Source: Chiloscyllium plagiosum
Lineage: Eukaryota
DNA length: 64,000 nucleotides
Direction of reading: 5' to 3'
NCBI RefSeq assembly: GCF_004010195.1
Contig: NC_057719.1
Span: forward strand, 52,213,037-52,277,036
Positions 1 to 13,490 of this stretch are shown piece by piece. Made by a program: the position numbers and the translations under genes. Position 1 is the first letter of the stretch. The number at the start of each line of letters is the position of its first letter. The notes under the pieces were generated by a model. The model was not told where the DNA came from. It made no database searches and saw only the letters and a list, made by a program, of their open reading frames with translations.

Positions 1-1442
1 GACAAACAATCAGTCTTCAGCAAAGGACTCACCTTCATCCCCCTCCGTCCACGCATCAATGAATTTAATACACGCAGTGACGTCGAACACTTCTTCCGCC
101 GCCTCTGTGCTTACTTTCACAATCAGGACTCCTGCCTACCTTCCAAGGACCCCTTCGTCCACCTCCAACACACTGCATCCACCTGGACACCCCGTGCTGG
201 CCTATTACCTGCCCTCTACCAATTCATTTCCAACTGCTGCCGAGACATTAACCGCCTCAACCTGTCTAGCCCCCTCCCCTACTCCAACCTCTCACCCTCA
301 CAACACGCGGGCCTCCAATCCCTCTGCTCCAATCCCAACCTCACCATCAAGCCAGCGGATAAAGGGGGTGCAATGGTAGTCTGGCGCACTGACCTCTACA
401 CCGCTGAAGCCAAACGCTAACTCGAGGACACCTCTTCCTACCGCCCCCTCAACCATGACACCACCCCTCATCACCAAACCATCATCTCCCAGACCATACA
501 GAACCTCATCACCTCAGGAAATCTCCCACTCACAGCTTCCAACCTCATAGTCCGGGAACCCTGCACTGCCCAGTTCTACCTCCTTCCCGAGATCCGAGAT
601 CCACAAGCCTGACCACACTGGCTGACCCATTGTCTCAGCATGCTCCTGCCCCACTGAACTCACCTCTACCTACGTTGACACTGTCCTATCCCCCCAGTCC
701 AGGAAATCCCCACATACATTCGAGACACCACCCACGCCCTCCACCTCCTCCAAGACTTCCGTTTAGCCGACCCCCAAACCTCATCTTCACCATGGATATC
801 CAATCCCTCTACACCTCCATCCGCCATGACCAGGGCCTCCAAGACCTCCATTTTATTCTCTCCCGACGTCCCCAACAGTACCCTTCCACCGACACTCTTA
901 TTCGTTTGGCCGAACTGGTCCTCAACCTTAACAATTTCTCCTTCGAATCCTCCAGACCAAAGGGTAGCCATGGGCACATGTATGGGCCCCAGCTATGCCT
1001 GTCTCTTTGTTGGCTACATAGAACAGTCAATCTTCCGTAATTGCACCGGCACCACTCCCCACCTCTTCCTCCGCTACATTGTTGACTGCATTGGCACCAC
1101 CTCATGCTCCCACGAGAGTTTGAGCAATTCATCAACTTCACCAACACATTCCACCTTGACAATAAATTTGCCTGGACCATCTCTGACACCTCCCTTCCCT
1201 TCCTGGACCTCACCATCTCCATTAATGACAACCGACTTGACACTGACATTTTTTACAAACCCTACCTGGGTTACACCTCTTCCCAACCTACCTCTTGCAA
1301 AAATGCCATCCCATATTCCCAATTCCTCCGCCTCCGCTGTATCTGCTCCCAGGAGGACCAGTTCCACCACAGAACACACCAGATGGTCTCCTACTTTAGA
1401 GACCACAATTTCCCTTCCCACGTGGTTAAAGATGCCCTCCAA

Positions 1443-2259
1443 NNNNNNNNNNNNNNNNNNNNNNNNNNNNNNNNNNNNNNNNNNNNNNNNNNNNNNNNNN
1501 NNNNNNNNNNNNNNNNNNNNNNNNNNNNNNNNNNNNNNNNNNNNNNNNNNNNNNNNNNNNNNNNNNNNNNNNNNNNNNNNNNNNNNNNNNNNNNNNNNNN
1601 NNNNNNNNNNNNNNNNNNNNNNNNNNNNNNNNNNNNNNNNNNNNNNNNNNNNNNNNNNNNNNNNNNNNNNNNNNNNNNNNNNNNNNNNNNNNNNNNNNNN
1701 NNNNNNNNNNNNNNNNNNNNNNNNNNNNNNNNNNNNNNNNNNNNNNNNNNNNNNNNNNNNNNNNNNNNNNNNNNNNNNNNNNNNNNNNNNNNNNNNNNNN
1801 NNNNNNNNNNNNNNNNNNNNNNNNNNNNNNNNNNNNNNNNNNNNNNNNNNNNNNNNNNNNNNNNNNNNNNNNNNNNNNNNNNNNNNNNNNNNNNNNNNNN
1901 NNNNNNNNNNNNNNNNNNNNNNNNNNNNNNNNNNNNNNNNNNNNNNNNNNNNNNNNNNNNNNNNNNNNNNNNNNNNNNNNNNNNNNNNNNNNNNNNNNNN
2001 NNNNNNNNNNNNNNNNNNNNNNNNNNNNNNNNNNNNNNNNNNNNNNNNNNNNNNNNNNNNNNNNNNNNNNNNNNNNNNNNNNNNNNNNNNNNNNNNNNNN
2101 NNNNNNNNNNNNNNNNNNNNNNNNNNNNNNNNNNNNNNNNNNNNNNNNNNNNNNNNNNNNNNNNNNNNNNNNNNNNNNNNNNNNNNNNNNNNNNNNNNNN
2201 NNNNNNNNNNNNNNNNNNNNNNNNNNNNNNNNNNNNNNNNNNNNNNNNNNNNNNNNNNN
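1443..2259. other. Assembly gap (others at 21018-21208, 22759-23184, 30966-30967)
   Basis: Runs of N, all inside or between young repeats. Confidence 0.99.
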
Positions 2260-2723
2260 ACTGGACGCCTCCTAGCAGAGCGCTTTAGGGAACATCTCCG
2301 GGACACCCGCACCAATCAACCACACCGCCCTGTGGCCCAACATTTCAACTCCCCCTCCCACTCTGCCGAGGACATGGAGGTCCTGGGCCTCCTTCACCGC
2401 CGCTCCCTCACCACCAGACGCCTGGAGGAAGAACGCCTCATCTTCCGCCTCAGAACACTTCAACCCCAGGGCATCAATGTGGACTTCAACAGTTTCCTCA
2501 TTTCCCCTTCCCCCACCTCACCCTAGTTCCAAACTTCCAGTTCAGCACTGTCCCCATGACTTGTTCTACCTGCCTATCTTCTGTTCCACCTATCCACTCC
2601 ACCCTCCTCCCTGACCTATCACCTTCATCCCCTCCCCCACTCACCTATTGTACTCTATGCTACTTTCTCCCCACCCCCGCCCTCCTCTAGCTTATCTCTC
2701 TACGCTTCAGGCTCTCTGCCTTT

Positions 2724-2760
2724 ATTCCTGATGAAGGGCTTTTGTCCGAAATGTCAATTT
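2724..2760 (+). ncRNA. Minimal hammerhead ribozyme motif in PLE terminus
   Basis: CTGATGA (2728-2734), stem II GGGC-TTTT-GTCC, GAAA (2748-2751), then TGTC (CpG-decayed CGTC). Confidence 0.75.
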
Positions 2761-3399
2761 TACTGCTCCTCGGATGCTGCCTGAACTGCTGTGCTCTTCC
2801 AGCACCACTAATCCAGAATTTGGTTTGAGCATGCCCAATCAGCGAGGATTGTCAAAAAGAGCAAAGTGTGATTAACTGTTGTCTTGGTCTGCCTCCCTAG
2901 AAATATTTTCACATTAGCAAAGATAATTAGATGAGTATTTTAGAATTTATTTTAGTTAGACTACTAATTTAAGTTTTATAATAGATTCTAGGAAGAACTA
3001 GATACAGTTCTTAACAAAAGAAGTGATTCTTCTGTCAGTTCAGTTGAGGAGACATCTGAACACACCTTCCCCCCAAAAATGCAAGAACCGTTCAGAGACA
3101 TAAATGAGAATTATCTGGCCTTTGGCTTTGCATGGACAGGAGATGCCACTTGCCTTTTACCTGAAAATCTCAGACAGAAGTTGGCATATAGTTGAGTTGA
3201 GCAATGTCTGTGCTCATTTGTGAAGATATTGTACTTTTTATTTGGTGAATTTGAAACATATATGTTTTTCATCCTACTTTTGTGTCTTGCCTGCAATATT
3301 TTGCAATCTTTATAAGGTTGTATCATAGTCAATGCAAATAAACATGATGCTTATGAGCAGTCAATTCAGCTGAAAAAGGTATGTGTTAATGGTATATTT

Positions 3400-4689
3400 T
3401 GTATCATTAATGTGTACTTTGATACTGAAAATGTCCTTTATCCTCTTCTGTATCAAACACCAAACTGCTTAGTTGCACAACACCCACATTTTCAACTAGG
3501 CCATTGTCACCATCTTTTAATTTGGTAAAGACAGAAGCAAAATATTCATTTAGTACCTCTACCATACCCTTTGCTTCAGTGAGCAGCTTTCCCTGTTTGT
3601 TCCTTACACACCCCACTCTATCCTTCATGAATCATTTACAATTAACACGTTTGAAGAACATTTTGCTATTTGTTTTAGTGCATCCTGCCATTCTTTTCTC
3701 ATGATTCCTCTTTACCTTCCTTATTCCTGCCTTAGTCTCTCTCCTGAATTTGAGATACTCTTCCTGATTTTGATTGTTATTATTAATTTGGTAGGCACCA
3801 TATGGCTCATGTTTCTTCCTTATTTTCTCCTCAATGTCCTTAGTTATCCAGGGTACTCCATATTTTGACAGCCTGTATTTACTTCTCATGGGTATGTACC
3901 TAGCTTGCATCCTATTCATCTCTCTTTTGAATGCCTTCCACTTTTCATTCACTGTTTTATTGATCAAAATGCATTTCCAATCGACCTTCTCCAGTTCAAC
4001 TTTTAGACATCTGAAATCTCTCTTTTCTACTTTGAATTTTAATCCTTGGTCAATTATTGTCCTTTTCCAATGTAATATTGAACCTTGATCACTATGATTA
4101 CTATTGCCAAATGCTCCCCCACTCTGATATTCTCCACTTTGCCTGCCTCATTTCCTAGGACCGGGTCAAGCATAGTTTCATCCATGGCAAGACTAGAAAT
4201 GTACTGTTCCAGAAAGGTCATCTGCACACACTGTAGGAATTACTCTCCTTCTGTGCCGCACACTCTACCTTCTTCTCAGTCTACACAAGGGTAATTGAAA
4301 TTGTCAACTATCTCAAACCTGCCTGTCCTGCAGAATTCCATAAACCACATATGAATATTCTCTTCTACTTCCTCCTTACTATTTGGACGTCTGTAATAAA
4401 TACTCAAGAAGGTCACTGCTCCCTTTCTGTTCATCACCTTTCACCATTTACATTCTAATTTCAAAGCTCCATCTTCTTCAAGGGCTACGATTCTATCTTT
4501 GAGCAAGACTGCTGCAACTCTTCTCTTCTTATCCATTCTGTTTCTACTAAAAACCATATAACCTAGGATGTTAAGTTTCCAGTCCTATTGTGGCTTGACC
4601 CACTTTTATATCAATGCTGCTATTTCATGTACCCCAGAAAAATTTCTGCTTCCAGATCCCAAATTTTGTTCACTGTACTCTGTGTATTA
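3400..4689 (-). mobile_element. CR1-clade LINE fragment (endonuclease through linker), old
   Basis: Minus-strand peptides VPWITKDI, KTNSKMFFK and MVEVLNEYFASVFT, plus an SDH-type endonuclease motif near 4090; many stops. Confidence 0.85.
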
Positions 4690-5110
4690 TGTGACAATAT
4701 AATGGCTTTAAGAGTTGCATTTTAGCCTTTTTTTTAAAGAAAAAAGGTTAAGACAGAGGTAATGAGCTGTCTGCTCAAAGTCATTAAAGTAAACAGCTTG
4801 TTAGGCCTTGGACTTTTTAAAGCTGGAACAGTAGAAGCAGCCTGAATGGGTGGGGTCAAACTTCAACAGAATCAGACCTTTTTTTAGTTTTAGTTTTCTG
4901 CAGTTGTTGGAATTTTGAAGCTGGATGTGGAAGCTTTTATTCCTTTCTCAGTTACAGCTAAAAGCTGGGGTTCTCTTCGTGCTGCTAGAATTACATGTGA
5001 CACAATCTATTTTACTTAATTTACCTTTGCCAAGGGTGTGTTTATGGAATGTTACTATATTGGATTGGTTAGGTAGTAGTAGTTAATATACATTATTGTG
5101 TTAAACATTT
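4690..5110 (+). mobile_element. LTR fragment, same family as 44182-45487
   Basis: Starts TGTGACAAT and aligns over about 400 bp to the reverse complement of 45080-45487 (shared GTTACAGCTAAAAGCTGGGG, AGAAGCAGCCTGAA). Orientation is only relative to the other copy. Confidence 0.7.
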
Positions 5111-5794
5111 CCCCTTGTGTCTTTACCTTGGTGTTAACCCTTGCCTCACATGTTATTTTTGTTCATAAATTTGTTAACAAGAGTATTAGAATGTGGTATG
5201 TAAGCTGTTAAGTGTGTATTACTGGTTGAAGGTAATCTTCACACACACAAACTCATTAAAAAGAGTAAGAACATCACCAACAACAACATATTGCCAAACA
5301 ATGCCTGCAGGCATCATGTAAATAGAGGATATGTGCACAATGATTGAAACAGGTTTTGACTAATGTGATGATCGTATGTTACAAAGTTGTGTTTTGTTTC
5401 TTTTGGCTACATTAGTAAACTCTTAAACCGATGGAGAAAATTGCAAGCAGATACTAAAAGTATGTTTCTATTTAAGATGACTCAGGGTGTACCTTATAAA
5501 ACTGTACAAATTGATAAAAATTAAGAGGGGATAACTATAGATAGATCATTTCACTTTTTATGTAAATCAAAAGGAACAGACCATCACCTGACAAAATTAG
5601 AACAAACTCTTTTGTAACAAAGAAAACTAATGAGAAATTGATTACAACATTCATAAAGATATTGGATAATTACTTAAAGCAGAACATTACAGAATGGAAT
5701 ATTAGAAAATATGATTGTGTAAAATGTGCTTCTATTAATTTTCATATTTCTGTTATTTTCTTAAGTCAATGGGGAGATTTATTTCCAATGGTAT

Positions 5795-6100
5795 TAAGAC
5801 CATAAGACATAGGAGTGGAAGTAAGGCCATTCGGCCCATCGAGTCCACTCCGCCATTCAATCATGGCTGATGGGCATTTCAACTCCACTTACCAGCATTC
5901 TCCCCGTAGCCCTTAATTCCTTCTGACATCAAGAATTTATCAATCTCTGCCTTGAAGACATTTAGCGTCCCGGCCTCCACTGCACTCCGCGGCAATGAAT
6001 TCCACAGGCCCACCACTCTCTGGCTGAAGAAATGTCTCCGCATTTCTGGTCTGAATTTACCCCCTCTAATTCTAAGGCTGTGCCACGGGTCCTAGTCTCC
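5795..6100 (-). mobile_element. CR1 LINE 3' end
   Basis: Terminal repeat TAAGACCATAAGACATAG and a CR1-type 3' UTR/C-terminal RHFFSQRVVGLWNSLP on the minus strand. Confidence 0.85.
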
Positions 6101-7424
6101 TATATTGAAGTTGTATGAGTAAAATCTTTGCAGATGCCATCAAGTAAGAAGGCAGCCTGAATATTAGAGAAAGATTCAAGCATGTCTATGGGCTGTGTGC
6201 TGAAAGATGAAATTAGGAAGGGCATCTGGGTGTCTTTGGGTCAGCATGGACTAGATAGGTTGAACAGCCCCAACTGTCTTGTTTTTATGGTTCTGTGTAA
6301 GAGGAATTAAATCCAATCTTTCCTTTCTCTTTGGTACTTTCCTGTAAAAGAACGATTTGCACAATTTAATCTGGTCATTGTGAAATAAATTGTTTGGAAC
6401 CAAGGAAATGGAATACATGTAAAATGGAATCACAGTACAACATACTGATCAAGAAAATAACCTGCGAATTACAGAAGATAAATTAATTTACTTAAGAAAA
6501 GTAGTAAATAAGTATCGGATTTCATTATTAGCGGGATTTTTTCAATGAATTAATTAGGTCAGACATTAATTTGACCCAATCGATGTTCACTTCTGGGAAG
6601 GAAAGAAAATCTGGCTGGAAGGAAATATTAGAAAAATTGAGCTTATTTGCTTTGGCAAAATGAGGAAACAGAAGATTTAACAAGTTTGAAGATGGCTAAT
6701 TGTTTTATTGATAAAGGGTAAAGTTATGAGGAACATTTAGTAGATAAGAAGGTAAGAATAGGAACAGAAGCCAGGTACAATCATACAGTCGCATCCTCCG
6801 AAAATCTTCAGCTGTTCAATTACATCAGACTGTTTCTATCTTGAAACTGGCTCTTTCAACTTTTTTTTGTCATTTTCTGTATACATTCAAAAGAAGAAAA
6901 AAATTTCAATGTAACAGTAAGAAAACGATAGTACTTCTGTCGCATCACATTCCATTCACAGATGATTCTAAACACTTCACAAACAATGGTTTATTTTTTG
7001 CAAGTGCAGTCACTGTTTTGAAGGGAGATGCAGCAACCAAATGTACAAATCAACCTATCACATTAAAATTTGGCAGTAAAATTGTGGCTGTAAGCACTGC
7101 TTTTTGAGGTATCTTGGCTATTGGAGAGGTGATTTCCTCAAATTCCAGGAGCAGTAATTACTGTTTTATATGCTGTTGCATTGTTTTGGAACTGTGGGGG
7201 AGAAAGATCAAAACAGCGTCCTTTAAAAGGGAGGAAGAGAGACAAATGGAGAGAACACAAGGTCAGAAAGAAACCCACGCTGCTGGCTCTCTCAGCAGTG
7301 GGTCTGCACAGCTACTGCCTTTGCTGTTGTGAGTTTAAGTATCTTTGGATATTGGAGTGCGTCTAAAAAAAAAAATGAACAGTGAATATTTCTGCGGCCA
7401 TCAGCGAAAAATCAGAATGGTGTG

Positions 7425-8432
7425 TTGCCTCCCTAGGAATTTAGAAACTTCATCCTTAATGATGGATTCTAGAATTTTACCAACAACCGAGGTTAGGCTA
7501 ATTGGCCTATAATTTTCCATCTTTTCTCTTGATCCTTTCTTGAACAAGGGGGTTACAACAGCGGTCTTCCAATCATCCGGGACTTTCCCTGACTCCAGTG
7601 ACTTTTGAAAGATCTCAACCAACGCCTCTGCTATTTCCTCAGCCACCTCCCTCAGAACTCTAGGATGTAGCCCATCGGGGCCAGGACATTTATCAATTTT
7701 AAGACCTTATAGCTTTTCTAGCATTTTCTCTTTTGTAATGGCAACCATACTCAACTCAGCCCCCTGACTCCCTTTAATTATTGGGATATTACTCATGTCT
7801 TCCACTGTGAAGACTGACGCAAAGTACTTATTAAGTTCTCCAGCCATTTCCTTATCTCCCATCACTAGGCTTCCAGCATCAGTTTGAAGTGGCCCACTGT
7901 CTACTTTTGCCAGTCGTTTGTTTCTTATGTATTGAAAGAAACTTTTACTATCATTTCTAATATTACTGGCTCACCTATCTTCATATTTGATCCTCTCCTT
8001 CCTTATTTCTCTTTTTGTTATCCTCTGTTTGTTTTTGTAGCCTTCCCAATCTTCTGATTTCCCAGGGCTCTTGGCCACTTTATAGGATCTCTCTTTTTCT
8101 TTGATACATTTCCTGACTTCCTTTGTCAGCCATGGCTGTCTAATCCCTCCCCGGATAATCTTTCTTTTCTTGGGGATGAACCTCTGTACAGTGTCCTCAA
8201 TTGAATGTACAAACGCCTGCCATTTTTGCTCTACTGTCTTCCCCGCTAGACTCTGCTTCCAGTTGATTTTCATCAGTTCCTCTCTCATGCCCTCGTAATT
8301 ACCTTTATTTAACTGTAACACCATTACATCCGATTTTGCCTTCTCTCTTTCAAACTGCAGATTGAACTCTACCATATTATGATCGCTGCTTCCTAAGTGT
8401 TTCCTTACTTTAAGATCTTTTATAAAGTCTGG
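7425..8432 (-). mobile_element. CR1 LINE ORF2 fragment (end of endonuclease to start of RT)
   Basis: HLGSSDHNMVEF, QPWLTKEV, and VPDDWKTAVVTPLFKKG...NYRPISLTSVVGKILE. Confidence 0.92.
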
Positions 8433-8439
8433 AATAGTA

Positions 8440-8512
8440 CACCCAACGTGGGGCTCGAATCCACCACCCTGGGATTAAGAGTCCCATGCTCTACTGACTG
8501 AGCTAGCCGGGC
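8440..8512 (-). tRNA. tRNA-Lys(CTT) copy, probably a pseudogene
   Basis: Reverse complement GCCCGGCTAGCTCAGTCAGTAGAGCATGGGACTCTTAATCCCAGGGTGGTGGATTCGAGCCCCACGTTGGGTG, 73 nt, anticodon CTT. About 4 differences from the vertebrate tRNA-Lys-CTT as I recall it, including D-loop GG>AG and a B-box G>A. No adjacent oligo-T terminator. Confidence 0.88.
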
Positions 8513-9084
8513 TAATGGACTAATATTTATAATTTTAAAATATTGTGTCTTCACTTGCATGACTTTTCCATTGCAGTACATTATGTTTCCAGGGACCTTA
8601 AGCACAACATTTTCATTTAATCCTATTTAAAAGTCAGGACTCATCTCTGACTTTTTTTTGATGGCCATCTTTTAACAGTGACAATTATATCAGATGATAA
8701 TGCTGCTGCTCTGGTATATAAATTTTTGTACATTCTAGATATCAACTTACATAGTATATTTATAAACTAAAGCATTCATGTACTAAAGACCAATCAGTGA
8801 TGAGAAATGATGTGCAAAGGATGCAATGGTCTAAATATTTGACTGAAACATTGGGTAGATCTCAGGGGTGTCAATCTAGTTCTGTGTCAAGAAGGGTTCC
8901 CATGTGAAACACCAGCTGACAGTCCTCCACTCCCAGTGGATCCAATATTATTGTCCTCCATCATCTCTACCTGCCATCTAAATAAGTGGGTGGTAGTTAA
9001 GGTCTAAAGTGGTTAAACCTCATATTAATACCAGTTTGTTGAGAAATGGCAAATAAGATAGTTGCTTAGCTCTTCCAGTTCTGA

Positions 9085-9925
9085 CAGAAAGTTGACTTAT
9101 GAGGTTATCTATTTTAGTGGGAGGGATAGAAAGGCAATTTATTATTTAAGTGATGAGAAAATTCAGAGTGCTTTGGTGCAGAGGGATCTGAGTATCCTCA
9201 TGCATGAATCGCAGAAAACTAGAATGCAGGTACAGCAGGTAATAAGAAAGAGAAATGAATTTTGATCATTTATTGCTAAAGGAATAGAGTATAAAAGAAA
9301 GGAAATATTGCTGCAACTAGACAAGGTACTCATGCGACCATATGAGTACTGTGTAAAATTATGGTCCCTTTACTTGAGGAGGAACCTAGTTATATTGGAG
9401 GCAGTTTAGAGGAGTTTTGTTAGCTCAATTCCACAGATGAAGGTTTTTTTTATTATGAAGAGAGACGGAGCTGTTTTGGCTATACTCTCTAGAGTTCTGA
9501 AGAAGGGTCACAGGAGTTGAAACTTTAACTCTGCCTTCTCTCCTCAAATAATTCCAAACCTGCTGAGTTTTTTTCCAGCAGTTTTTGTTTCAGATATAGA
9601 AATAATGTTTAGTCATGTGGGGCAATCTAGAATGAGAGGCCATAGTTTTCTGCTAAGGGGTAGCAGATTTCGAACAGAGATGAGAAATTACTTCGTTAAA
9701 AGTGTGAATCCATGGTGTTCACTATCCAGAGTATGGTGGGTGTTGGGACATTGAGTAAATTTCAGGAGTAGATAGATTTTTAATCAGTAAAGGATTTAAG
9801 GGTATGGAAAGCAGGCAGGAAAGTTGATTTGGGGCTGAGATGAGATCTGTCATGATTTTATCAAAAGATGGAGCAAGCTTGAGGGGCTGAATTGCCTCTT
9901 CCTACTCCTAGTCTTATGTTCTTAA
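9085..9925 (+). mobile_element. CR1 LINE 3' portion, old, interrupted at about 9492-9595
   Basis: VQRDLSILMHESQK..MQVQQVIRK; 3' UTR ends CTCCTAGTCTTATGTTCTTA. Confidence 0.85.
9492..9595 (+). mobile_element. PLE-terminus mini-insertion with degenerate HHR (older family)
   Basis: GAGTT-CTGAAGA(9497-9503)...GAAA(9519-9522)-CTTT-AACTC, followed by the tail shared with 26775-26835 and 35800-35890. Confidence 0.6.
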
Positions 9926-11084
9926 AATGTTAACCTTGTTTCTCTCTCCACAATCCTGCCTGATCTGCTTAGAGTTTTTCAAGTTTCTGTTATTAGTTCA
10001 GAATGGCTTTTGGAGTTTGTTTCTCTTGTTCTCCCCTTATTGGTGTTTAATTGGGTAGCTGCCTGAAACAACCCCTTCCTCCAGAAACTGAATCCAATAA
10101 AAAGAAGTAACAAGCAGTTGAAGATTTCTTCCGTGGAATTTGTTCTTAGATGCTTTTTCCAGAAATGCTTCAGAGAAAGTGGCCTTTAATATTTCCATTA
10201 CTTGACGTATAAAGGGAACATGTATTTTACAGCAAACCAACAGGAAAATGTGCATCTACTGCCTCGTCCCTTGAAATGATAAAGTTGTGGGTTTGAAATG
10301 TACTGGCAAAGGAACATCAGTGTGTTTCTGAGGTACATCGTGTGAATGTCATGCAATAACAAGGTCCCTCTGTGCTTTGCAAAAAGTAAGGGTTTTCCAT
10401 ATGTTCAACAATGTTAAACAATTAAAGGAAGTCCAATTCCAGCTTATTAATTCTGGAAGATTTGAATGAGGTTCTCTTTGGCTTTACAAACTTAGTGATA
10501 CATTGCTGCATTATATTGTCTTGCACATCCCTTCCAGTCAATGTTCTGATCCTCAGCTTCATCCAGAGAAAATTACTAATGAAGTTCCATTTCCTTTGCA
10601 ATCAGAATGTTTCCCTAAGCAATGCCACAAGGATTCCAGCCACAGTAATGTCCACGTCAAGGATCTGATCTGATAATCTGTAGAGAATGTCAGAAAGAGA
10701 ATATTGTTTCAGTGACTGTACCTACGGGTCCTCACATCAATCAGAAGTATGCCCTCACACAGTATACAGTGAAGGTTTCCTCGTGAGATTAATGTCATAC
10801 AGAATATGTAATCGTATCCACATGTATGTAGCATAACTAAAGCATTCATGCTACATTGGTGTAAAAAGGTCCAAAATGTTGTCTTCCTGTGATAGCTACA
10901 GAATATGCTTCTGAAATGCCAACTCCAGGAGACAATTTTAAGTTAATTTCTCTAATTTGCATTTGCTTTGCTGACATAACGAACGTATGATTAGCATGGG
11001 TGATGTAATTATTATAATTGCTTGAGGCCATAATTTGTCAAGCGCATTTTTGGACAATGTCAACCTTATTCCAGAGGACCATAG

Positions 11085-11246
11085 AGAGAGACAAGAGTTT
11101 AACCTGAGGATCACCACACCTCAGACGAGAGACAAGATTGAGAAGGTGGGACCCTCATGTTAACCTCATTTGGTACAGGAATTGAACCCACACTGTTGGT
11201 ATCACTTTACATCATGAACCAACCATTCAGTCAACTGAACTAACCA
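11085..11246 (-). mobile_element. tRNA-derived SINE
   Basis: Minus strand has A-box-like GGTTAGTTCAGTTG and B box GGTTCAATTCC; homologous to 57360-57580 and 28061-28180. Confidence 0.7.
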
Positions 11247-11499
11247 ATTGTGGATGGAAGATGGCAAGTTTTCACTTTTTGTTTCCTCATCAATATTATA
11301 AGCTCTTCCTGAGATGCAGCATGATGATCCCATCCTTCATGTTGATGTTTGAGTTGCTATCTCTGTGGCTCATTGCCCCCATTTCCATTCAGCCCTTTAT
11401 ATAACCATGAACACCCCATTTACCCCCAGAGCTCATGGCCTTGTGAATTGCCGTGCCCTTGTTCACCATACATTCTCTTAATGTGAAGGCTAGAGTGAT

Positions 11500-13490
11500 T
11501 GTGATCTATGTCAAAAAGAGCTCTTTTGTCTTAAATGTAGGGGTATGATCAAGGAATTCATGGATAACATGACAATTAGAAGTTGGTGAATAGTGAGAAA
11601 AAATGATGTAAACTGCAGGAGGATGTCAATGGACTGGTCAGGTGGACAGTGCTGTGGCGAATAGAATTCAACACACATAATTGTGAGGTAATGCATTCAG
11701 TAGGGGTAACAAGCCAAACATTTAAATGGTGCATGGTAGGACTGCAGAAAGTACTGAAGATCAGAAGGACCTTGGTGTGCATATCCACAGATCCCTCAAA
11801 GTTGCAGACCAGATAGATAAGGTGCTCAATAGACAATAGACAATAGGTGCAGGAGTAGGCCATTCTGCCCTTCGAGCCTGCACCACCATTCAGTATGATC
11901 AAGGCTGATCAGCCTTAATCAGTATCCTGTTCCTACCTTATCTCCATAACCTATGATTCCACTATCCTTGAGAGCTCTATCCAACTCTTTCTTAAATGAA
12001 TCCAGAGACTGGGCCTCCACTGCCCTCTGGGGCAGAGCATTCCACACAGCCACCACTCACTGGGTGAAGAAGTTTCTCCTCATCTCTGTCCTAAATGGTC
12101 TATCCCGTATTTTTAAGTTGTGTCCTCTGGTTCGGCACTCACCCATCAGCGGAAACATATTTCCTGCCTCCAGAGTGTCTAATCCTTTATATGTCTCAAT
12201 CAGATCCCCTCTCAGTCTTCTAAACTCAAGGGTATATAAGCCCAGTCGCTCCAGTCTTTTAGCGTAAGGTAGTCACGCCATTCCAGGAATTGACCTCGTG
12301 AACATACGCTGCACTCCCTCAATAGGCAGAATGTCTTTCCTCAAATTTGGAGACCAGAACTGCTCACAATACTCCAGGTGTGGTCTCACCAGGGCCCTGT
12401 ACAGCTGCGGAAGAACCACTTTGCTTCTATACTCAATCCCTCTTGTTATGAAGGCCAGCATGCTAATAGCCTTCTTCACTACCTGCTGTACCTGCATGCT
12501 TACCTTCATTGACTGGTGTACAAGAACACCCAGATCTCTTTGTACTGCCCCTTTACCTAAATTGATTCCATTTAGGTAGTAATCTGCCTTCCTGTTCTTG
12601 CCACCAAAGTGGATAACCATACATTTATCCACATTAAACTGCTCAGCCAACTAACTTTCAATCCAAGTTAGTACTTTGCCCCCAATTCCATGCGCCCTAA
12701 TTTTGTGGGACTTTATCAAAAGCTTTCTGAAAGTCCAGGTACACTACATCTACTGGATCTCCCTCGTCCATCTTCAGAGTTACATCCTCAAAAAATTCCA
12801 GAAGATTAGTCAAGCATGATTTCCCCTTCATAAATCCATGCTGACTCTGACCTATCCTATTACTACTATCCAGTATATGGGATACTTGCTGTTATTAGCT
12901 GAGGCATACCATATAAGAGCAGGGAGGTTATGCTGGAACTTTAAAAAACCCTGGTTTAGGCCACAAGTGATGTACCACATGCAGTTCTAGTCACCACATT
13001 ATGAAAAGGATATGATTACATTTGAGATGGTACAGAGGAGATTTACCAGTGTGCTTCCTGGGCTGAAGGTTCTGAAAATTCTGACTGGGGTTGTTTACTT
13101 CGGAGAAATGAAGATTCAGAGGGGACCTGTGTGCAACATTATGAGGGACATTGATAGACCGAGTAGGAAGGGACTTTTTCCATTCATTGAGAGGTCAGTG
13201 ACCAGAGACATAAATTGACAGTAAGAGGTAGAGAACAAAGGAGAATTGAGGAGAAGTTTTCTTTCACCCAAAGGGTGGTGAGTCTCTGGAACCTAATACC
13301 TGAAAGAATGGTTAAGTCAGAAACTGTCGTAGCATTGAAGCAATATTTAGATATTCACTTACAGTGCCGTAGCCTCCAGAGCTATAGAGCAAGTGATGGA
13401 AAATGGGATGAGTGTAATCAAATCTTTATTAACCTGTGTGGACATGGTGGGCATAATAGCTTCCTTCTGTTTGGCAAATGCCTATCAGTC
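11500..13490 (+). mobile_element. Old CR1 LINE RT/3' end, split by the insertion at 11830-12873
   Basis: DLGVHIHRSLKVADQIDKVL before the insertion; YGIL and MVQRRFTSVLPGL, FTQRVVSLWNLIPE after it. Confidence 0.8.
11830..12873 (-). mobile_element. Younger CR1 LINE 3' fragment with internal deletion
   Basis: (TAGACAA)n tail at the left end; ORF 12273-12650 QFNVDKC...RDLGVLVH...LVRPHLEYC...; jumps near 12643 to the SQHGF/DFQKAFDKVP region. Confidence 0.92.

Larger units (their letters stand above)
1..2826 (+). mobile_element. Penelope-like retroelement (RT + GIY-YIG endonuclease), disrupted, 5' end outside window
   Basis: PLE RT motifs TIKPADKGGAMVV, FTMDIQSLYTSI, AMGTCMGPSYACLFVG and FLRYIVD; GIY-YIG segment TGRLLAERFREH...LEEERLIFRL. 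Frameshifts include a 7-bp duplication CCGAGAT at 587-600. C/T-rich 3' UTR ends in an HHR. N gap at 1443-2259. Confidence 0.93.

Noticed and set aside
1443..2259. Gap is 817 nt while the sibling copy has 438 nt here (14722-15159)
   Set aside because: Gap sizes are estimates, so a hidden insertion cannot be inferred.
826..2526. 566-aa ORF and other long ORFs spanning N runs (also 20907-21493, 22413-23439)
   Set aside because: Length comes from translating gaps; the real PLE/CR1 frames are broken by frameshifts.
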